DNA from: Tubulanus polymorphus
Taxonomy: Eukaryota; Animalia; Nemertea
NCBI RefSeq assembly: GCF_964204645.1
Contig: NC_134027.1
Span: 14,974,485 to 15,038,484 of the forward strand
Reading direction: 5' to 3'
Length of the DNA stretch: 64,000 nucleotides
Under the pieces are notes generated by a model. It saw only the letters and a list, made by a program, of their open reading frames with translations, made no database searches and had not been told where the DNA came from. The translations under genes were made by a program, and so were the position numbers. Of the stretch, positions 61,731-64,000 are shown one piece after another; the stretch's first letter is position 1; each line of letters starts with the position of its first letter.

Positions 61731-62433
61731 ACTGGTCACGGTCGCCGACTTCGAACATATGAACTCTCACGGTCAACATCGCCGATCGGCGACCCGTGTT
61801 TTTGAGCGGCTGATCTCCGTTTGCTTCAGTTATACAGGGAATCCCACTGCGGAAATGTCATAGACTTCCAGGTTTTTCTGGAGCGAATATCCATTCGTTC
61901 CTATCAAAAATTGACCATTTATCAATACAAACCAAATTTGAAATTGTGAAGATGATGGGCTTCAGCATTTTGGAGATATGATCACTTGGAAAAATTAGTA
62001 ACCTGGCTGAATTCTGGCACAGAATGACTTAAGTGTTAGGCCTAATCAAAATAGCTTAACTTGTTACTTTCCAGCAAGAGTTATTGCGTTTTAACTAAAT
62101 TCATGAACAATATTCAAACGTAGTGTCCAAATTATACCGAGGCTTTTTTCATTTTGATTGTTTCATGTGGCATCCATGTGAAGCTATCTGACACCTATAC
62201 TATACCACAAAACTATCATCTAATAACTGAAGTTGTTAGGCAAAATTCAAAATCATAACCTTTCAATTTCTTTACCAGATTTATAAGTGGTTGACATTGG
62301 CCTATATTTTTGAATTGAGTAAGTCCAAATTTCACTATCATATTCCCTAGGATCGATATGTGAGCGGACACATACGGGCATAATGATCAACCAATACACA
62401 GGATTCGTGCAGCTAAGAGATAACATAACTTAC

Positions 62434-62509
62434 CCGTTCAGTAATGTAATGCTGCTTATTGGTACCTTCAAACCTTAATGCATAATCATCAGGATCAGGT
62501 AACATCCAT
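62434..62509 (-). CDS. ELMO: ELMO/CED-12 exon (76 nt), N-terminal ubiquitin-like/Ras-binding domain
   Basis: tttcag|a WMLPDPDDYALRFEGTNKQHYITER|gtaagt; phases join the downstream exons in frame. Confidence 0.88.
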
Positions 62510-62674
62510 CTGAAAAAAGAAAGGTTCATATAAGCTATACATTTCATTCATTTTCAGGGCCGTCGGAACGGGGGCAGCAGCCGTCCCAGTATTAGTATTT
62601 CTCTATTATATTGGTACCAATGCATATTTTGTTACGACAATCAATTGTTAAGTTGTAGCTCATGACATTTTCTA

Positions 62675-63620
62675 TGTCGGGAATTCCTTGGTATCAAATT
62701 GAACGAGGAACTGACTCAGGTTTCAAACGATAGAAGATATTTATTTACAGCTATATACATACAGAATACGTCGGGACAGCTTGCGTGTCTCTTTCATACT
62801 AACGGTATTTTAAAACAGTTTCAGCCCTATTCAGCCTACAGTGACACTCACGTGATCATGTGATCATAGTAATAAACACACCGTGAAGTCGGCGTAAAAT
62901 GCCGACACTCCCGGCGCTACGAAAATATAAATGTTAGAGCAGTTAAGAAAAACAAATACAACACTTTCAAACTTATTTTCTAACACAATAGATCTCAATT
63001 TGAAAAAATACTTTTATACAAACAACAAATATGTAATATGTCAACGTAATACCAAACATAGTATTAAACAGTGTTAATGCATTATCATTAAATAATACCA
63101 GCATCGAATAGATTTTTTATTTTCTCTGATGCTTTTTTAGCCGATTCTCTTTGTGGTTTATTAGTCAAAACATTTCCTTCTAACCTGATGACCTCGGGGG
63201 AGACGACCTTCGCTGAAGCTGAAACTTCGAGAGGAAACAGCTTCGAAACTGGAAGTATTGTCAACCCATTCGATGTTCTTAGGCTAACTGATCTAACGAA
63301 ACCATCACTGCTTTGTTGTAAGTCAGTAATAACAGCTTACCTCCAACGAGGTCGAGGTAAAAATTCTGACTCGATTAGAACAATATCACCAATTTTCACA
63401 GATCGGCTGCGAACCCCTTTGTGTTTGTGAAATTTTCTCAAAGAAAGATACTCAGATTTCCATCTATCGTGATAATGTTCATCTAAATATGCACGAATCT
63501 TAGATTGACGAGCAAGTTTCGTACTCGTATTTTGTCTAATAGAGTCTGAATCCGAAAGTTCACCTTTTTCAACTTTTGGATATGGTAGAGATGTTATTGA
63601 CCGACCCTGAAATAACAACG
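62675..63620 (-). mobile_element. BEL/Pao LTR retrotransposon 3' remnant with 3' LTR (62675-62907)
   Basis: RWKSEYL..., VKIGDIVLI...PRPRW, DGFVRSV, KLFPLE (C-terminal domain of BEL/Pao pol). PPT-like ccgggag, then TGTCGG...CCGACA. Confidence 0.8.
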
Positions 63621-63624
63621 CCGG

Positions 63625-63910
63625 TTAGTTGTCGAATAAACACTATATTCCATGTATAATGTAGATAAATGAAGAAATCCCACACTTCTAATTTAAAATT
63701 ATACGATCAAATTTATTATTATGAAACCACAACGTTTCGGCTGTTGACTAATGGCCATCATCAGGTGGAATGACCAGAAAACCAAGTAACAAAGCATATA
63801 AACTCACAGGATCTAAAATAGAAGCAGTGTGTCAAAACTAAAGATAAACAGACCAAGCAATAAAACATCAAGGGGTACCGTAGAAACCACAGCAATTCTA
63901 AACAGTTCAC
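63625..63910 (-). mobile_element. Penelope pseudo-LTR copy (matches 45724-45990)
   Basis: Direct sequence similarity to 45724-45990. Confidence 0.8.
63727..63768 (-). ncRNA. Minimal type I hammerhead ribozyme
   Basis: Minus strand ccac-CTGATGA-tggc...gcc-GAAAC-GTT-gtgg, with stem I ccac/gtgg, stem II and the conserved core. Confidence 0.7.
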
Positions 63911-64000
63911 CGTGCAAATGAGCATTCATAGAAATCATGCATTCATGTTGAAGCAAATTAAGTATGGTCTGGCCAAATCAAAAGATCAGTTTGTATATAT

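Overview
AT-rich, repeat-dense DNA from an invertebrate animal (inferred from the spliceosomal exons and the mix of transposon types). Five GT-AG exons of an ELMO/CED-12 gene lie on the minus strand (62509 down to 32751). An 18.4-kb Polinton/Maverick (adintovirus-like endogenous dsDNA virus; 8826-27185, 58-bp perfect terminal inverted repeats, AG...CT ends) follows, probably inside a large ELMO intron. It encodes a protein-primed DNA polymerase B, a zinc-finger/VLTF3-like protein, minor and major capsid proteins, several membrane proteins, an rve integrase with a chromodomain, and an A32-like packaging ATPase. Most of its large genes are now disrupted. The main finding is a full intein of about 359 codons with a LAGLIDADG homing endonuclease, inserted exactly in the catalytic motif C of the polymerase (YFD|TDS). 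That is the 'pol-c' site used by archaeal and giant-virus polymerase inteins, here in a protein-primed polymerase in an animal genome. Also, 13 of about 15 viral genes start with ATAAATG, usually preceded by TAATTTTTT, which resembles a poxvirus late promoter. With the VLTF3-like gene and the intein, this suggests a link to a large DNA virus. The rest of the window is nested non-autonomous Helentron-like elements with internal tandem arrays (many carrying CTCF-like motifs), MITEs, LINEs, Penelope elements with hammerhead ribozyme motifs, and LTR remnants. All family calls come from motif recognition by eye; no database search was run.
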